A DNA stretch of 17,913 nucleotides from contig JANPJS010000257.1 of NCBI GenBank assembly GCA_031425655.1, positions 1-17,913 on the forward strand, written 5' to 3'. Both the position numbers and the translations under genes were made by a program. This document shows positions 7,938-17,649 of the stretch, in pieces (position 1 is the first letter of the stretch; the number at the start of each line of letters is the position of its first letter). This stretch comes from Abditibacteriaceae bacterium (GTDB lineage: Bacteria; Armatimonadota; Abditibacteriia; Abditibacteriales; Abditibacteriaceae). The notes below the pieces were generated by a model. The model was not told where the DNA came from, searched no databases, and saw nothing but the letters and a program-made list of their open reading frames with translations.

Positions 7938-9419
7938 TTACGGCAACTGCGTGTGGCCCATGAGAAAGCGGTCGCACTCGCGGGCGGCACCCCGGCCTTC
8001 GTTGATGGCCCAGACGACGAGGCTTTGACCCCGGCGGCAATCACCCGCGGCAAAGATGCCGTCCACGCTGGTTTTGAAGTGCTCGTGTTCGGCTTTGGCG
8101 TTGCTGCGCGGGTCGCGTTCGATGCCGAGTTGCTCTAAAACCACGTCTTCCGGGCCTAAAAAGCCCATCGCCAAAAGCACCAGTTGCGCGGGCCACACTT
8201 TTTCGCTGCCCTCGACTTCGACCGGTATAAACTGGCCTTTTTCGTTTTTCTGCCACAGCACGTTAACGGTGTGCAATTCTTTCACGTTGCCGTTTTCGTC
8301 GCCGACGAATTTCTTGGTCGTGATGGCGTAACGGCGCGGCTCCTCGCCGTGCAAAGCGATGGCTTCTTCCTGCCCGTAATCCACGCGATGCACGCGCGGC
8401 CACTGCGGCCACGGGTTATCGCTGGCGCGTTCGCCCGGCAATTGCGGCATGATTTCAAACTGCGCCAGACTTTTGCAGCCGTGACGCAGCGACGTTCCGC
8501 AGCAGTCGGTTCCTGTATCGCCGCCGCCAATCACAATCACGTCGGTGTCTTTCGCCGAAATGTAATTGCCATCGCCGTGCTGGGAATCAAGCAGCGATTT
8601 GGTGTTGGCGCGCAGGAAATCCATCGCCATGTGGATGCCTTTGAGATCGCGGCCTTCAATCGGCAAGTCGCGCGCTTTGGTGGCGCCGGTGCAAATGACA
8701 ATCGCATCGAATTCGCTTTGCAATTCGGTCGCGGTTTTATCTTTGCCGATTTCGCAGCCGGTCACGAATTGCACGCCGTTTTCCGTCATCAAGTCAACGC
8801 GCGCCTGCACCACGCGCTTGTCCAATTTCATGTTGGGAATGCCATACATCAGCAGGCCGCCGATGCGGTCGGCACGCTCGAAAACCGTGACGGCGTGCCC
8901 GGCTTTGTTCAGTTGATCGGCGCAAGCCAACCCCGACGGGCCGCTGCCGATTACCGCGACGGTTTTGCCGGTGCGACTGCTCGGCGCGCCGTCTACCCAA
9001 CCGTTTTCATAAGCGCGGTCGGCGATTTCGCATTCGATATTTTTAATCGTCACCGGCGGCGAATTGATGCCCAAAACGCAAGCGCCTTCGCACGGCGCCG
9101 GACAAACGCGCCCGGTAAATTCCGGGAAGTTATTGGTCTTGAAAAGGCGCTCGGAGGCTTCTTTCCACAAGCCGCGATAAACCAAGTCGTTCCATTCGGG
9201 AATCAGGTTATTAATCGGACAGCCGGACGCCATATTATTGATAAGCGTGCCGGTGTGACAAAACGGCACACCACAATTCATGCAGCGTGCGCCCTGTTCG
9301 CGCAAGGCGGGTTCAGGCAAATGATCGTGAAATTCCAGCCAATCGCCGACGCGCGCTTGCGGTTCACGGTCGTCCGGCAGTTGCCGTTGATATTCTAAAA
9401 AGCCGGTCGGCTTTCCCAT
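7938..9419 (-). CDS. gltD: Glutamate synthase small (beta) subunit
   Basis: MGKPTGF start; Fe-S Cys motifs ([27 protein letters not shown]); GSGPSG and GGGDTG dinucleotide-binding motifs; C-terminal [18 protein letters not shown]. Confidence 0.98.
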   Translation of the reverse strand: MGKPTGFLEYQRQLPDDREPQARVGDWLEFHDHLPEPALREQGARCMNCGVPFCHTGTLINNMASGCPINNLIPEWNDLVYRGLWKEASERLFKTNNFPEFTGRVCPAPCEGACVLGINSPPVTIKNIECEIADRAYENGWVDGAPSSRTGKTVAVIGSGPSGLACADQLNKAGHAVTVFERADRIGGLLMYGIPNMKLDKRVVQARVDLMTENGVQFVTGCEIGKDKTATELQSEFDAIVICTGATKARDLPIEGRDLKGIHMAMDFLRANTKSLLDSQHGDGNYISAKDTDVIVIGGGDTGTDCCGTSLRHGCKSLAQFEIMPQLPGERASDNPWPQWPRVHRVDYGQEEAIALHGEEPRRYAITTKKFVGDENGNVKELHTVNVLWQKNEKGQFIPVEVEGSEKVWPAQLVLLAMGFLGPEDVVLEQLGIERDPRSNAKAEHEHFKTSVDGIFAAGDCRRGQSLVVWAINEGRGAARECDRFLMGHTQLP

Positions 9420-9433
9420 AGTAGCTCCGTGTA

Positions 9434-9535
9434 AGGGATGAGGGCGGAAGGATGAAGGATGAAATTGGCGCTACGCGCCGTTTGACCTCGCGCCGCAGGC
9501 GCTTTTTCATCCTTCCGCCTGCATCCTTCATCCCT
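9434..9535. repeat. Intergenic inverted repeat of heptamer arrays (GGATGAA-type x4 / TTCATCC-type x4)
   Basis: ggatgag ggcggaa ggatgaa ggatgaa (9436-9463) versus ttcatcc ttccgcc tgcatcc ttcatcc (9506-9533), with two small GC hairpins in the spacer. Confidence 0.85.
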
Positions 9536-9537
9536 GA

Positions 9538-12500
9538 TTAATTCCCGCCCACGCGCGACGGGTCTTTCTTGTTTTCCTCGAAGGCGGCCATCACGGCTTC
9601 GTCGCCTGTTAAGCCCATCGCTTCGACGCGCTTGGTCGCTTCCATCGCGCGCTTGAAGTCGGAGGGCAGCACCTTCACGAATTTGCCGACCATCGCATCC
9701 CAGTTATCGAGAACACGGCGGCCCAATGCGCTTTGTGTGGCATCAACGTGACGCTGAATTTGGGCGCGCACTGCCAGCACTTCTTCGACATCTTCCAGCG
9801 GCTCCAAGCCAACCATGTCTTTGTTGACACGACTGGGAAAATCGCCTTTTTCATCCAAAACGTAGGCGATGCCGCCACTCATGCCTGCCGCGAAGTTGCG
9901 TCCGCTCTGGCCCAAAATTACGACGCGCCCCCCAGTCATGTATTCGCAGGCGTGGTCGCCGACGGCTTCTACAACCGCGTTCACGCCGGAATTGCGAACA
10001 CAGAAGCGCTCACCGGCCATGCCGCGAATGTAAGCCTCGCCCTGCGTGGCGCCGTAAAACGCGACGTTGCCGATAATCATGTTTTCTTCCGGCTTAAAGG
10101 TCGAATTGGCCGGAGGATAAATGACTAATTTGGCGCCGCACAAGCCTTTGCCGAAGTAATCGTTGGCGTCGCCTTCAAGCTGAAAAGTGATGCCTTTGGG
10201 CATAAACGCGCCGAAACTTTGGCCCGCTGAGCCGTTGAATTTGATGCGAATCGTGTCTTCCGGCAAGCCGTTGATGCCGTGTTTGCGCGTCACTTCGCTG
10301 CCGACCTGCGTGCCCGTCACGCGGTTGACGTTGACGATTTTGGTGGCGTATTCCACTTTTTCGCCGCGTTCGATGGCCGGTTTGCAGGCTTCCAGCAGTT
10401 CGCGCTGATCAAGCGAAAGTTCCAAGCCGTGATCTTGCGTCGTCTGGCAAAACGTGCCGACGCCGGGCGCGACTTCCGGGCGAAAAAGCAGAGCCGATAA
10501 GTCGAGGCCGCGTCCTTCAAAGTGTTCTAAGGCTTTGGCCGGTTCCAGTTTGTCCGTCCGGCCAACCATCTCGTTGATGGTGCGGAAGCCAAGCTGCGCC
10601 ATGTATTCGCGCAAATCCTGCGCGACGAATTTCATGAAATTGACGACGTGGTCGGGGTCGCCGCTGAACAATTTACGCAGTTCCGGGTTTTGTGTGGCCA
10701 CGCCGACCGGACAGGTGTCCAGATGGCAAACGCGCATCATGATACAGCCCAAAACTACCAGCGGCGCCGTCGCAAAGCCGAATTCTTCGGCGCCGAGCAG
10801 CGCGGCGACGGCCACGTCGCGGCCCGTCATCAACTTGCCGTCGGTTTCAACGGTAATACGGCTGCGCAGATTGTTAAGCAGCAGCGTTTGATGCGTTTCG
10901 GCCAGTCCAAGCTCCCACGGCAAGCCGGCGTGCCAGATGCTCGATTGCGGCGAAGCGCCGGTTCCGCCTTCGTAGCCGGAAACTAAAACCACGTCGGCTT
11001 TGGCTTTGGCCACGCCCGCCGCGATAGTGCCGACGCCGACTTCCGAGACCAATTTCACGCTGATGCGCGCATGAACATTGGCGTTTTTCAGGTCGTGAAT
11101 CAGTTCGGCTAAGTCTTCAATCGAATAAATATCGTGGTGCGGCGGCGGCGAAATCAAGCCGACGCCGGGCGTCGAGTTGCGGACTTTGGCGATCCAGGGA
11201 TACACCTTCGAGCCGGGCAACTGTCCGCCTTCGCCGGGTTTCGCGCCCTGCGCCATCTTGATTTGCAATTCGCGCGCGTTCACCAAGTAATTGCTGGTCA
11301 CGCCGAATCTGCCGGACGCGACTTGCTTAATCGCCGAGTTTTTCGAGTCGCCGTTTTCTTCAAGAAAGTAGCGTTCGGGCGCTTCGCCGCCTTCGCCCGT
11401 GTTGCTCTTGCCGCCTAAGCGGTTCATGGCAATCGCAAGCGCTTCGTGCGCTTCGCCGGAAATCGAGCCGTAGCTCATCGCGCCGGTTTTGAAACGCTTG
11501 ACGATTTCGTCAACGGATTCAACTTCGTCAATCGGAATCGGTTCGGCGTTAGTGAATTCGAGCATTCCGCGCAGGTTGTTGCGCTGCGTGGCTTCTTCGT
11601 TTAAAAGGCGCGTGTAATCCTTGAAGGTCTGATAATTTCCCGTCCGGCACGCCTGCTGAAGCTTGTGAACCGTTTGCGGGTTGAAAGCGTGAAACTCGCC
11701 GTTGCGCCGCCATTGATAGTGGCCGCCAACATCAAGGGTTTCGTCGACTTCGATGCCTTGCGGCGGATAAGCGCGCTCGTGGCGCGTGCGGATTTCCGAA
11801 GCGATATCGCGCAGGCCAATGCCTTCGACGCGCGAACTTGTCCAGGTGAAATACTTTTCAATCACCGGCGTCGAGATGCCGACGGCCTCGAAAATCTGCG
11901 CGCCGCAATAGCTTTGGATAGTCGAAATGCCCATCTTCGACATGGTTTTCACCACGCCTTTGACGGCGGCTTTTTTGTATTTCTCAATCGCGTATTCGTG
12001 CTTCAAGCCGGGCAAAAAGCCGCTGCGAATCATGTCGTCCAGCGTTTCAAACGCCAGATACGGATTAATCGCGCTGATGCCGTAGCCAATGAGAACCGCG
12101 AAGTGATGCACGTCGCGCGGTTCGCCGCTTTCGAGCACAAGTCCCACTTTGGTGCGCGTGCCTTGACGAATTAAGTGATGATGCAAGCCCGCCGAGGCCA
12201 AAAGCGAGGGAATCGGCGCGTGGTTTTCGTCCACGCCTCTGTCCGACAAAATCAGAATCGTCGCGCCGCTTTCGATGGCGGCGTCGGCTTGGGCGAACAA
12301 GTCTTCGAGCGCCGTTTCCAATCCGGGGCCATCGGTTTTCGGGTCGAAAAGAATCTTTAATTCTTGCGCTTTGAAGCCGGGCGCCTCGAATTGTTTGAGC
12401 TTCGCCAATTCCTCATTGGAAAGGAACGGGTTGTCAATTTTAAGCTGGCGGCAGCTTTCGGGGGTGGGATTGAGCAGATTGCCTTCGCTGCCCAACGTCA

Positions 12501-14163
12501 GCCCGGTGCCGGTGATGATTTCTTCGCGGATGGCGTCAATCGGCGGGTTCGTGACTTGGGCGAACAACTGCTTGAAATACGAAAACAGCAGTTGCGGCTT
12601 GCGCGACAGCACGGCAAGAGGCACATCGTTGCCCATCGAACCGAGCGGCTCGTTACCCTGAATCGCCATCGGGCCAATGATGATTTGCAATTCCTCGAAG
12701 GTGTAGCCAAACGCCAGTTGGCGCTGCAAAACCGTGTGATGATTGGGTTCGGGCACGCTGGCGGCGGCGGGTAAATCTTCGAGTTTTTGCTGGTTTTTCA
12801 GCCATTCCCGATACGGATACTGCGCCGCGAATTGATTCTTGATTTCTTCGTCGCCAATAATGCGGCCCTGCTCGGTGTCCACGAGGAACATCCGGCCCGG
12901 CTGCAAGCGGCCTTTGTGGACGATTTTCTCCGGCGGCACTTCTAAAACACCGGCTTCGGACGCGAGAATTACCAGATCGTCGCTCGTAACGTAATAACGC
13001 GACGGGCGAAGGCCGTTGCGGTCGAGAATGGCGCCCAAAGTGGTGCCATCGGTAAAGCCAATCGAGGCCGGGCCGTCCCACGGCTCCATTAAACTCGCGT
13101 GAAATTCGTAGAACGCGCGCTTGTCCTCGCTCATGCTTTCGTGCTTGGCCCAAGGTTCTGGAATCATCATCATTACGGCGTGCGCGAGCGGGCGTCCGCC
13201 CAAGTAAAGAAATTCCAGCACGTTGTCGAAAACGCCCGAATCGCTGGTGTCGTTGTCCACAATCGGGAAAATCTTCGGCAAATCGTCGCCGAAAACTTCG
13301 GTTGCGACTCGCGCTTGGCGCGCGTGCATCCAGTTGGCGTTGCCGCGCAGCGTGTTGATTTCGCCGTTGTGAATGATGAAACGATACGGATGCGAACGAT
13401 CCCAACTGGGAAACGTGTTCGTCGAAAAGCGCGAATGGACAAGCGCAATCGCCGAAACCATGCGCTCATCGCTGAGATCGGGATAATAGGAGCTGACCTG
13501 GTCGGGCGTCAGCATTCCTTTATAGACAATCGTGCGCGCCGACAGGCTGGAAACGTAGAAATACTCGCCGCCGGGCGCATTCTTGAGCTTGATTTCGTGC
13601 TCGGCGCGCTTGCGAATGACGTAAAGCTTGCGCTCGAAAACCAAAGCGTCGGATTCCTGCTTTTGCGCCATTTCGTCGCTGCGTCCGACGAAAAACTGGC
13701 GCACGACCGGCTCAACCGAAAGCGCCGACGCGCCGAGTTCGGTGTTGTCTGTCGGGACGGTGCGCCAACCGAGAAACGTCTGGCCTTCTTCGGCGACGAT
13801 GGCTTCGATGCGCTTTTCATTCGCGGCGCGGGCTTCATCGTCGGGCGAAAGATAAACCATGCCGACGGCGTAGGCGCCAAATTCGGGCAGCGTGATATTG
13901 TCTTCGGGCAGGGCGGCGCTGAAGAACTCGTGCGGCATTTGAATGAGGATGCCGGCGCCGTCGCCGGTGCAAACCTCGGCGCCGCGTGCGCCGCGATGGT
14001 CGAGGTTGACCAGCACTTCGAGGCCCTGCCGCACAATCGAGTGCGACTTGTGGCCCTTGATATGAACGACCGCGCCGATGCCGCACGCGTCGTGTTCGTA
14101 ACTGGGATCGTAAAGCCCCTGTTTTGGGGGATAGCCGGGTTTTTGGGTGGCAGGAAACGTCAT
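9538..14163 (-). CDS. gltB: Glutamate synthase large (alpha) subunit
   Basis: 1541 aa. HDACG amidotransferase start, [40 protein letters not shown] 3Fe-4S region and a GXGXG C-terminal domain. RBS gaaagg. Confidence 0.98.
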   Translation of the reverse strand: MTFPATQKPGYPPKQGLYDPSYEHDACGIGAVVHIKGHKSHSIVRQGLEVLVNLDHRGARGAEVCTGDGAGILIQMPHEFFSAALPEDNITLPEFGAYAVGMVYLSPDDEARAANEKRIEAIVAEEGQTFLGWRTVPTDNTELGASALSVEPVVRQFFVGRSDEMAQKQESDALVFERKLYVIRKRAEHEIKLKNAPGGEYFYVSSLSARTIVYKGMLTPDQVSSYYPDLSDERMVSAIALVHSRFSTNTFPSWDRSHPYRFIIHNGEINTLRGNANWMHARQARVATEVFGDDLPKIFPIVDNDTSDSGVFDNVLEFLYLGGRPLAHAVMMMIPEPWAKHESMSEDKRAFYEFHASLMEPWDGPASIGFTDGTTLGAILDRNGLRPSRYYVTSDDLVILASEAGVLEVPPEKIVHKGRLQPGRMFLVDTEQGRIIGDEEIKNQFAAQYPYREWLKNQQKLEDLPAAASVPEPNHHTVLQRQLAFGYTFEELQIIIGPMAIQGNEPLGSMGNDVPLAVLSRKPQLLFSYFKQLFAQVTNPPIDAIREEIITGTGLTLGSEGNLLNPTPESCRQLKIDNPFLSNEELAKLKQFEAPGFKAQELKILFDPKTDGPGLETALEDLFAQADAAIESGATILILSDRGVDENHAPIPSLLASAGLHHHLIRQGTRTKVGLVLESGEPRDVHHFAVLIGYGISAINPYLAFETLDDMIRSGFLPGLKHEYAIEKYKKAAVKGVVKTMSKMGISTIQSYCGAQIFEAVGISTPVIEKYFTWTSSRVEGIGLRDIASEIRTRHERAYPPQGIEVDETLDVGGHYQWRRNGEFHAFNPQTVHKLQQACRTGNYQTFKDYTRLLNEEATQRNNLRGMLEFTNAEPIPIDEVESVDEIVKRFKTGAMSYGSISGEAHEALAIAMNRLGGKSNTGEGGEAPERYFLEENGDSKNSAIKQVASGRFGVTSNYLVNARELQIKMAQGAKPGEGGQLPGSKVYPWIAKVRNSTPGVGLISPPPHHDIYSIEDLAELIHDLKNANVHARISVKLVSEVGVGTIAAGVAKAKADVVLVSGYEGGTGASPQSSIWHAGLPWELGLAETHQTLLLNNLRSRITVETDGKLMTGRDVAVAALLGAEEFGFATAPLVVLGCIMMRVCHLDTCPVGVATQNPELRKLFSGDPDHVVNFMKFVAQDLREYMAQLGFRTINEMVGRTDKLEPAKALEHFEGRGLDLSALLFRPEVAPGVGTFCQTTQDHGLELSLDQRELLEACKPAIERGEKVEYATKIVNVNRVTGTQVGSEVTRKHGINGLPEDTIRIKFNGSAGQSFGAFMPKGITFQLEGDANDYFGKGLCGAKLVIYPPANSTFKPEENMIIGNVAFYGATQGEAYIRGMAGERFCVRNSGVNAVVEAVGDHACEYMTGGRVVILGQSGRNFAAGMSGGIAYVLDEKGDFPSRVNKDMVGLEPLEDVEEVLAVRAQIQRHVDATQSALGRRVLDNWDAMVGKFVKVLPSDFKRAMEATKRVEAMGLTGDEAVMAAFEENKKDPSRVGGN

Positions 14164-14251
14164 CGTTGGCCTTTCAGTTCGCGCCTGCGATTTTCAAACG
14201 CTTTTCAAATCGGGCGACACCGGCTTTTCGCCAGTGATTGCAAAACAATCA

Positions 14252-14283
14252 AAGGCGGGTTTCCCGTTTGGGAAACCTGCCTT
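14252..14283 (-). terminator. Strong hairpin in the gltB leader (possible attenuator)
   Basis: 14 bp arms aaggcgggtttccc / gggaaacctgcctt with one mismatch. On the minus strand it is followed by a broken U-rich tract. Confidence 0.45.
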
Positions 14284-14293
14284 GCGTGCGTCA

Positions 14294-14380
14294 TTATAAT
14301 GAGGGCTGCGTTTCGGGCCGCTGCGTTTTGCGGCGCGCTGGAACTTCGTGGAGAGATTTCCGGTAAAAATTCTCTGACAT
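14294..14380 (-). CDS. Putative 28-aa leader peptide upstream of gltB (MSENFYRKSLHEVPARRKTQRPETQPSL)
   Basis: ATG 9 nt after a TATAAT box; TAA stop 10 nt before the leader hairpin. Translated by hand, with no homology evidence. Confidence 0.3.
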   Translation of the reverse strand: MSENFYRKSLHEVPARRKTQRPETQPSL

Positions 14381-14389
14381 GAACCGCAA

Positions 14390-14418
14390 ATTATACGAAG
14401 CCAATTTTAACAGCACAA
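14390..14418 (-). promoter_or_regulatory. Putative sigma70-type promoter for gltBD
   Basis: Minus strand: TTGTGC (14418-14413), 17 nt spacer, TATAAT (14395-14390). Confidence 0.6.
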
Positions 14419-14506
14419 GGGAAGCGATAAAACTTTCGCGCGATTCAAAGCCGCAATAGAGTCATAAGCTGCGCTTAAATAGATTTAGAAAGCGAAGAGA
14501 CACCTC

Positions 14507-14905
14507 ATGCAAGAACACCACACCAAAGATTTGATCGCCTGTCTTAAAGTGGAAATGCTCGCGGCGATGAAAGGCGCTATCGTCAGCCGTCCAACCACTG
14601 ATTTTGCGCGCTACGACCGCATTATTGATTGGAACGGCAAGCTCTATCGCGCGCAAATCAAATATGTGTCAGTGCCTGCGGGAAATTGTGAAGGCGCCGT
14701 GCAATTGAATTTACGCAAGAATGGCGGCGCTTTTTACTCGCGCGAGGAAATTGATGCGCTATTGGTTTATGTGCCACAAACCGATAGCGTTTACTGGTTC
14801 GGCCCCGAAATTTATCATGGCCGCTCGACGCTACAGTTGCGTTACGCTCCCGCGAAAAATGGCCAGTTAATCAATTGCTTGATGGCAGAGGCCCATCTCT
14901 GGTAA
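14507..14905 (+). CDS. PD-(D/E)XK endonuclease, group I intron-associated family (PDDEXK_5 / I-Ssp6803I-like), free-standing
   Basis: 132 aa with the pattern K-x-x-IA...G-x-x-VSRP...RYD-x-IID-x-x-GKLYR-x-QIK...Y-x-x-x-EID-x-x-x-VY-x-P, typical of this family. Confidence 0.8.
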   Translation: MQEHHTKDLIACLKVEMLAAMKGAIVSRPTTDFARYDRIIDWNGKLYRAQIKYVSVPAGNCEGAVQLNLRKNGGAFYSREEIDALLVYVPQTDSVYWFGPEIYHGRSTLQLRYAPAKNGQLINCLMAEAHLW

Positions 14906-14908
14906 AGT
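14879..14908 (+). promoter_or_regulatory. Putative tRNA-Pro promoter embedded in the nuclease 3' end
   Basis: TTGATG (14879-14884), 18 nt spacer, TAAAGT (14903-14908) with an extended TG at 14900-14901; 13 nt before the tRNA. Confidence 0.5.
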
Positions 14909-14921
14909 AGTATTCGCTGTT

Positions 14922-14995
14922 CGGGATGTGGCTCAGCTTGGTAGAGCGTTCGACTGGGGGTCGAAAGGTCGTCGGTTCAAATCCGGCCATCCCGA
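14922..14995 (+). tRNA. tRNA-Pro (anticodon GGG), CCA not encoded
   Basis: Full cloverleaf: acceptor cgggatg/catcccg, D arm gctc/gagc, anticodon stem ttcga/tcgaa with GGG at 14956-14958, T loop ttcaaat, discriminator A. Confidence 0.97.
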
Positions 14996-15012
14996 TAAAT
15001 ATACGATTTTAC

Positions 15013-15043
15013 ACTCCGCCCGGTGCGTCCGGCGGAGTTTTTT
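15013..15043 (+). terminator. Intrinsic terminator after tRNA-Pro
   Basis: actccgcc / ggcggagt stem followed by a T-run, between the convergent tRNA and phosphatase genes. Confidence 0.8.
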
Positions 15044-15058
15044 GTTGTCTGGCGAATT

Positions 15059-15952
15059 TCACTTCTCAAACGCGCTCGTGACCGGTTTGCCGTCCCAAGC
15101 GGCGGGAATCGGCACGCCGAGCAGCCATAAAGCGGTCGCGGCGGAATCGTAAGTTGTGACGGGCGCGGTGATTTTCATCGCGCGTTTGACATTGCTGCCG
15201 TAAGCTATCCACGGAATCGTCATGTCTTCGGGCGAATTGCTGCCGTGCGTTTTGTCGTGCCCGCCATGATCGGCGCTCAGAATCAGCACGCTGTCTTTGG
15301 TGATGCCGGCTTTGGCGATAGCGTCTTTCACGACTTTCAGCGCCGTGTCTTCATCGGCGAAGGCTTGGACTTGCTGCGACGAACCCCAGCCGTATTTGTG
15401 GCCGGCGCCGTCGCTGTCGGCGAAATGGATGAAACACAGATTCGGCTTGTCGGAAACGATGTATTTCGCGGCTTCGCTTGCCACAATTTTCGCCGAATAG
15501 GCCGGAATATCGAATTTGTCGAGAGAATTGGGAATATTGAGGTGCTTGAACTTTTCTTTGCCGGCGAAAAGCGCGGTTTTGTGGCCTTGCGCTTTGGCAA
15601 GTTGAAAAATCGTCGGCACCTCAACCGGCCCGCGTTCGGGTTTCCAGTCGTTCCAGAGAATTTTGTGCTTGTCGGGGCCGACGCCGGTCAGCATCGAAAC
15701 GTGCGACGGCAGCGTGACGCTGGGAAAAATCGTTTGCGCCTGCCACGTCGCGGCGCCCTGATCGGCCATCGCCATCGTGAGCGGCATTTTGCTATTTTTC
15801 ATCACGGCGGGCTTGCCGCCATCGAAACTGACGATAAAAACGTGCTTGGCGCGAGCCACTTTTTCCGCGTCCTGAGCCAAAATCGGGCTGGAAAAAAGAG
15901 CGGCGCTCGTCGAAGCCGCCAAAACCAGCGCCATAAAATTTCTGCGATTCAT
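15059..15952 (-). CDS. Alkaline phosphatase superfamily / type I phosphodiesterase-nucleotide pyrophosphatase protein with probable Tat signal
   Basis: ATG 15952 after aaaggtag; twin-arginine-like signal MNRRNFMALVLAAS. Metal and catalytic motifs VSFDG, SVTLPSHVSMLTG, DGAGH, ADHGG and THG. Confidence 0.88.
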   Translation of the reverse strand: MNRRNFMALVLAASTSAALFSSPILAQDAEKVARAKHVFIVSFDGGKPAVMKNSKMPLTMAMADQGAATWQAQTIFPSVTLPSHVSMLTGVGPDKHKILWNDWKPERGPVEVPTIFQLAKAQGHKTALFAGKEKFKHLNIPNSLDKFDIPAYSAKIVASEAAKYIVSDKPNLCFIHFADSDGAGHKYGWGSSQQVQAFADEDTALKVVKDAIAKAGITKDSVLILSADHGGHDKTHGSNSPEDMTIPWIAYGSNVKRAMKITAPVTTYDSAATALWLLGVPIPAAWDGKPVTSAFEK

Positions 15953-16117
15953 AAATCTTCTACCTTTATTAACCCAAGTTGCTGTCTCTGGAGTGCGGCG
16001 GCTCGGCGCCGCTTTGTCGGCAGTAACCCTTTGTTTTTGAAGTTTGACAGCCCATTGTTCCCAGTGCTTGATGTTTAACGCCGACAAGTCGGCTTGAAAA
16101 GCGCGAACCAGTTCGCG

Positions 16118-16145
16118 CACTCCAAAAATGCCACTCCAAAAATGC
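16118..16145 (+). repeat. 14 bp perfect tandem duplication
   Basis: cactccaaaaatgc x2. Confidence 0.85.
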
Positions 16146-16516
16146 CGAGTCGGTGGCAACTTGGGTTATTAAGACTGTGCATAATCAGATTAACAGTCAT
16201 GTCTGCGCCTAAGGTGAAGAAAAGGTAAAGAATTATCGCTGTGGCAGCATCAAACGAAATGAGAGTTACGCAGTTGAAGCAACTTTTGTTGAGAACACGC
16301 TGTAGCGTGTCCAACTGCGTTTCTCCTAACGAAAGTTGCCTTGCAGCGCGTAAGTCAGGCTGAACACGAAAACGAAATCAATAGGCATAGCGATATGCGT
16401 TGTAAATCGAGATCGAAACTGTGCGCGTGACGCCGGGATTGCTGCCGCCATCCAACAAATTGAGGCTTGAAGTTTCGGCACGGTTACCGACGCAGAAATG
16501 GCGGATTTGCAACTCG

Positions 16517-16566
16517 TAAAAAAAAATAAAATTTTTTGTTTATAACTCCGTTAACTTGGATATAAT
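16517..16566 (+). promoter_or_regulatory. Putative strong promoter for the prepilin-like gene
   Basis: A/T-tract UP-like element (16517-16540) and perfect TATAAT (16561-16566). The -35 box is ambiguous. Confidence 0.55.
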
Positions 16567-16635
16567 ATATGCACCTGACCTTGCTGGCCGGACAATGAGG
16601 CAGGCTGCATTTATTCTTTTGTTTTTGGAGGACAC

Positions 16636-17493
16636 ATGTCTATCCGTCGTAATGTGAAGCGCGGCTTCACCCTCATCGAACTCTTGGTCGTCATCGCGAT
16701 CATCGCGATCCTCGCGGCCATCCTGTTCCCGGTGTTCGCTCGTGCTCGTGAAAACGCGCGCAAGTCGAGCTGCCAGAACAACCTCAAGCAGATTGCTATT
16801 GGCTTCAAGCAATACATCAACGATTTCGACGAGCGTTACCCGATGCCCGCCGTCACCAACAACGCCGGCACCACCCCGCCGTATGGCTGGGGCGATGCCT
16901 TGCAGCCTTACCTGAAAAACGATCAGGTTTTCCAGTGCCCCAGCGATGCCGGTGAACAAAACACCAGCGCCGTGCCTGGTTACAGTGACTACTGGTATAA
17001 CTACAACTTCCAGATCGCCACAGCGGCAAACAGCAGCTTCCGTGGCGCGAACGAATCGGTTCTGGGCGGCACCGCGCAGACGATTTTGGCGGGCGATGGC
17101 GGCTACACCAGTTCTCAGGCCACCGGCTCCTCGCGCTACGTTTGGTGCGGCGACGGCGCCAACGGTGGAATCAGCAGCGCCACCACCTCTGAGGCGCCAC
17201 AGGTAAACAATGGCACCGCACCCGTTGCAGGCACGAACCTGTGCACTGCCTCTGCCGCCAGCATCGTCGGCGGCGCACAGATCAACGCAGTCTTGCCGGG
17301 CAACGCAACTACGACTGGCTATTCGTCGGTGATCCACCTTGATGGCGCCAACTACGCCTTCGCCGATGGCCACGTGAAATGGTATCGTGCCAACACCACC
17401 AACGGTCAGAGCGCGCAGATCAAAGCCAACGGCGAAACACAGGCTTCGATTGGCGGCAACGCCACGTTCTCCCTGTTGAACAGGCTCAACTAA
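16636..17493 (+). CDS. DUF1559-family prepilin-type N-terminal cleavage/methylation protein with H-X9-DG C-terminal motif
   Basis: RBS ggagg; [66 protein letters not shown]. Confidence 0.95.
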   Translation: MSIRRNVKRGFTLIELLVVIAIIAILAAILFPVFARARENARKSSCQNNLKQIAIGFKQYINDFDERYPMPAVTNNAGTTPPYGWGDALQPYLKNDQVFQCPSDAGEQNTSAVPGYSDYWYNYNFQIATAANSSFRGANESVLGGTAQTILAGDGGYTSSQATGSSRYVWCGDGANGGISSATTSEAPQVNNGTAPVAGTNLCTASAASIVGGAQINAVLPGNATTTGYSSVIHLDGANYAFADGHVKWYRANTTNGQSAQIKANGETQASIGGNATFSLLNRLN

Positions 17494-17539
17494 GGCTTTG
17501 GCTGAATCCTCAGCCGGCCCAACCGCATAACCCGACCTT

Positions 17540-17573
17540 AAAAACGCCCCGCATCCGGCTGCGGGGCGTTTTT
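17540..17573 (+). terminator. Intrinsic terminator
   Basis: aaaaacgccccgca-tccggc-tgcggggcgttttt after the prepilin stop. Confidence 0.88.
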
Positions 17574-17649
17574 GTTTGTCGAATTTCTGGCACCGTAGTG
17601 TCTTTCGCGCGAAAATGGGTTGTGTCCAGCCCTTTGGATAGACCTCTGA

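Noticed and set aside
8184..9398. 404 aa plus-strand ORF
   Set aside because: Antisense shadow of gltD, expected from GC-rich codon bias, with no recognisable motifs.
9434..9535. CRISPR array
   Set aside because: Short tandem heptamers without unique spacers, and no cas genes.
13099..14382. 427 aa plus-strand ORF
   Set aside because: Antisense shadow of gltB.
14400..15010. Group I intron or attL/attR of an integrated element at tRNA-Pro
   Set aside because: The tRNA is uninterrupted. No duplicated tRNA 3' end, intron core or integrase is visible in the window.
14928..15152. 74 aa ORF over the tRNA
   Set aside because: It overlaps a canonical tRNA-Pro and its terminator.
15245..16078. 277 aa plus-strand ORF
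   Set aside because: Antisense shadow of the phosphatase gene.
15953..16159. Long N-terminal extension of the phosphatase ORF
   Set aside because: It runs through palindromes and a tandem repeat. The RBS and twin-arginine signal support ATG 15952.
16200..16510. Cobalamin or c-di-GMP riboswitch, or HDV-like ribozyme
   Set aside because: Only fragmentary resemblance. Conserved core sequences are absent, and the internal hairpin does not fit HDV P3/L3 although the stem order is similar.
16540..17373. 277 aa minus-strand ORF
   Set aside because: Antisense shadow of the DUF1559 gene.
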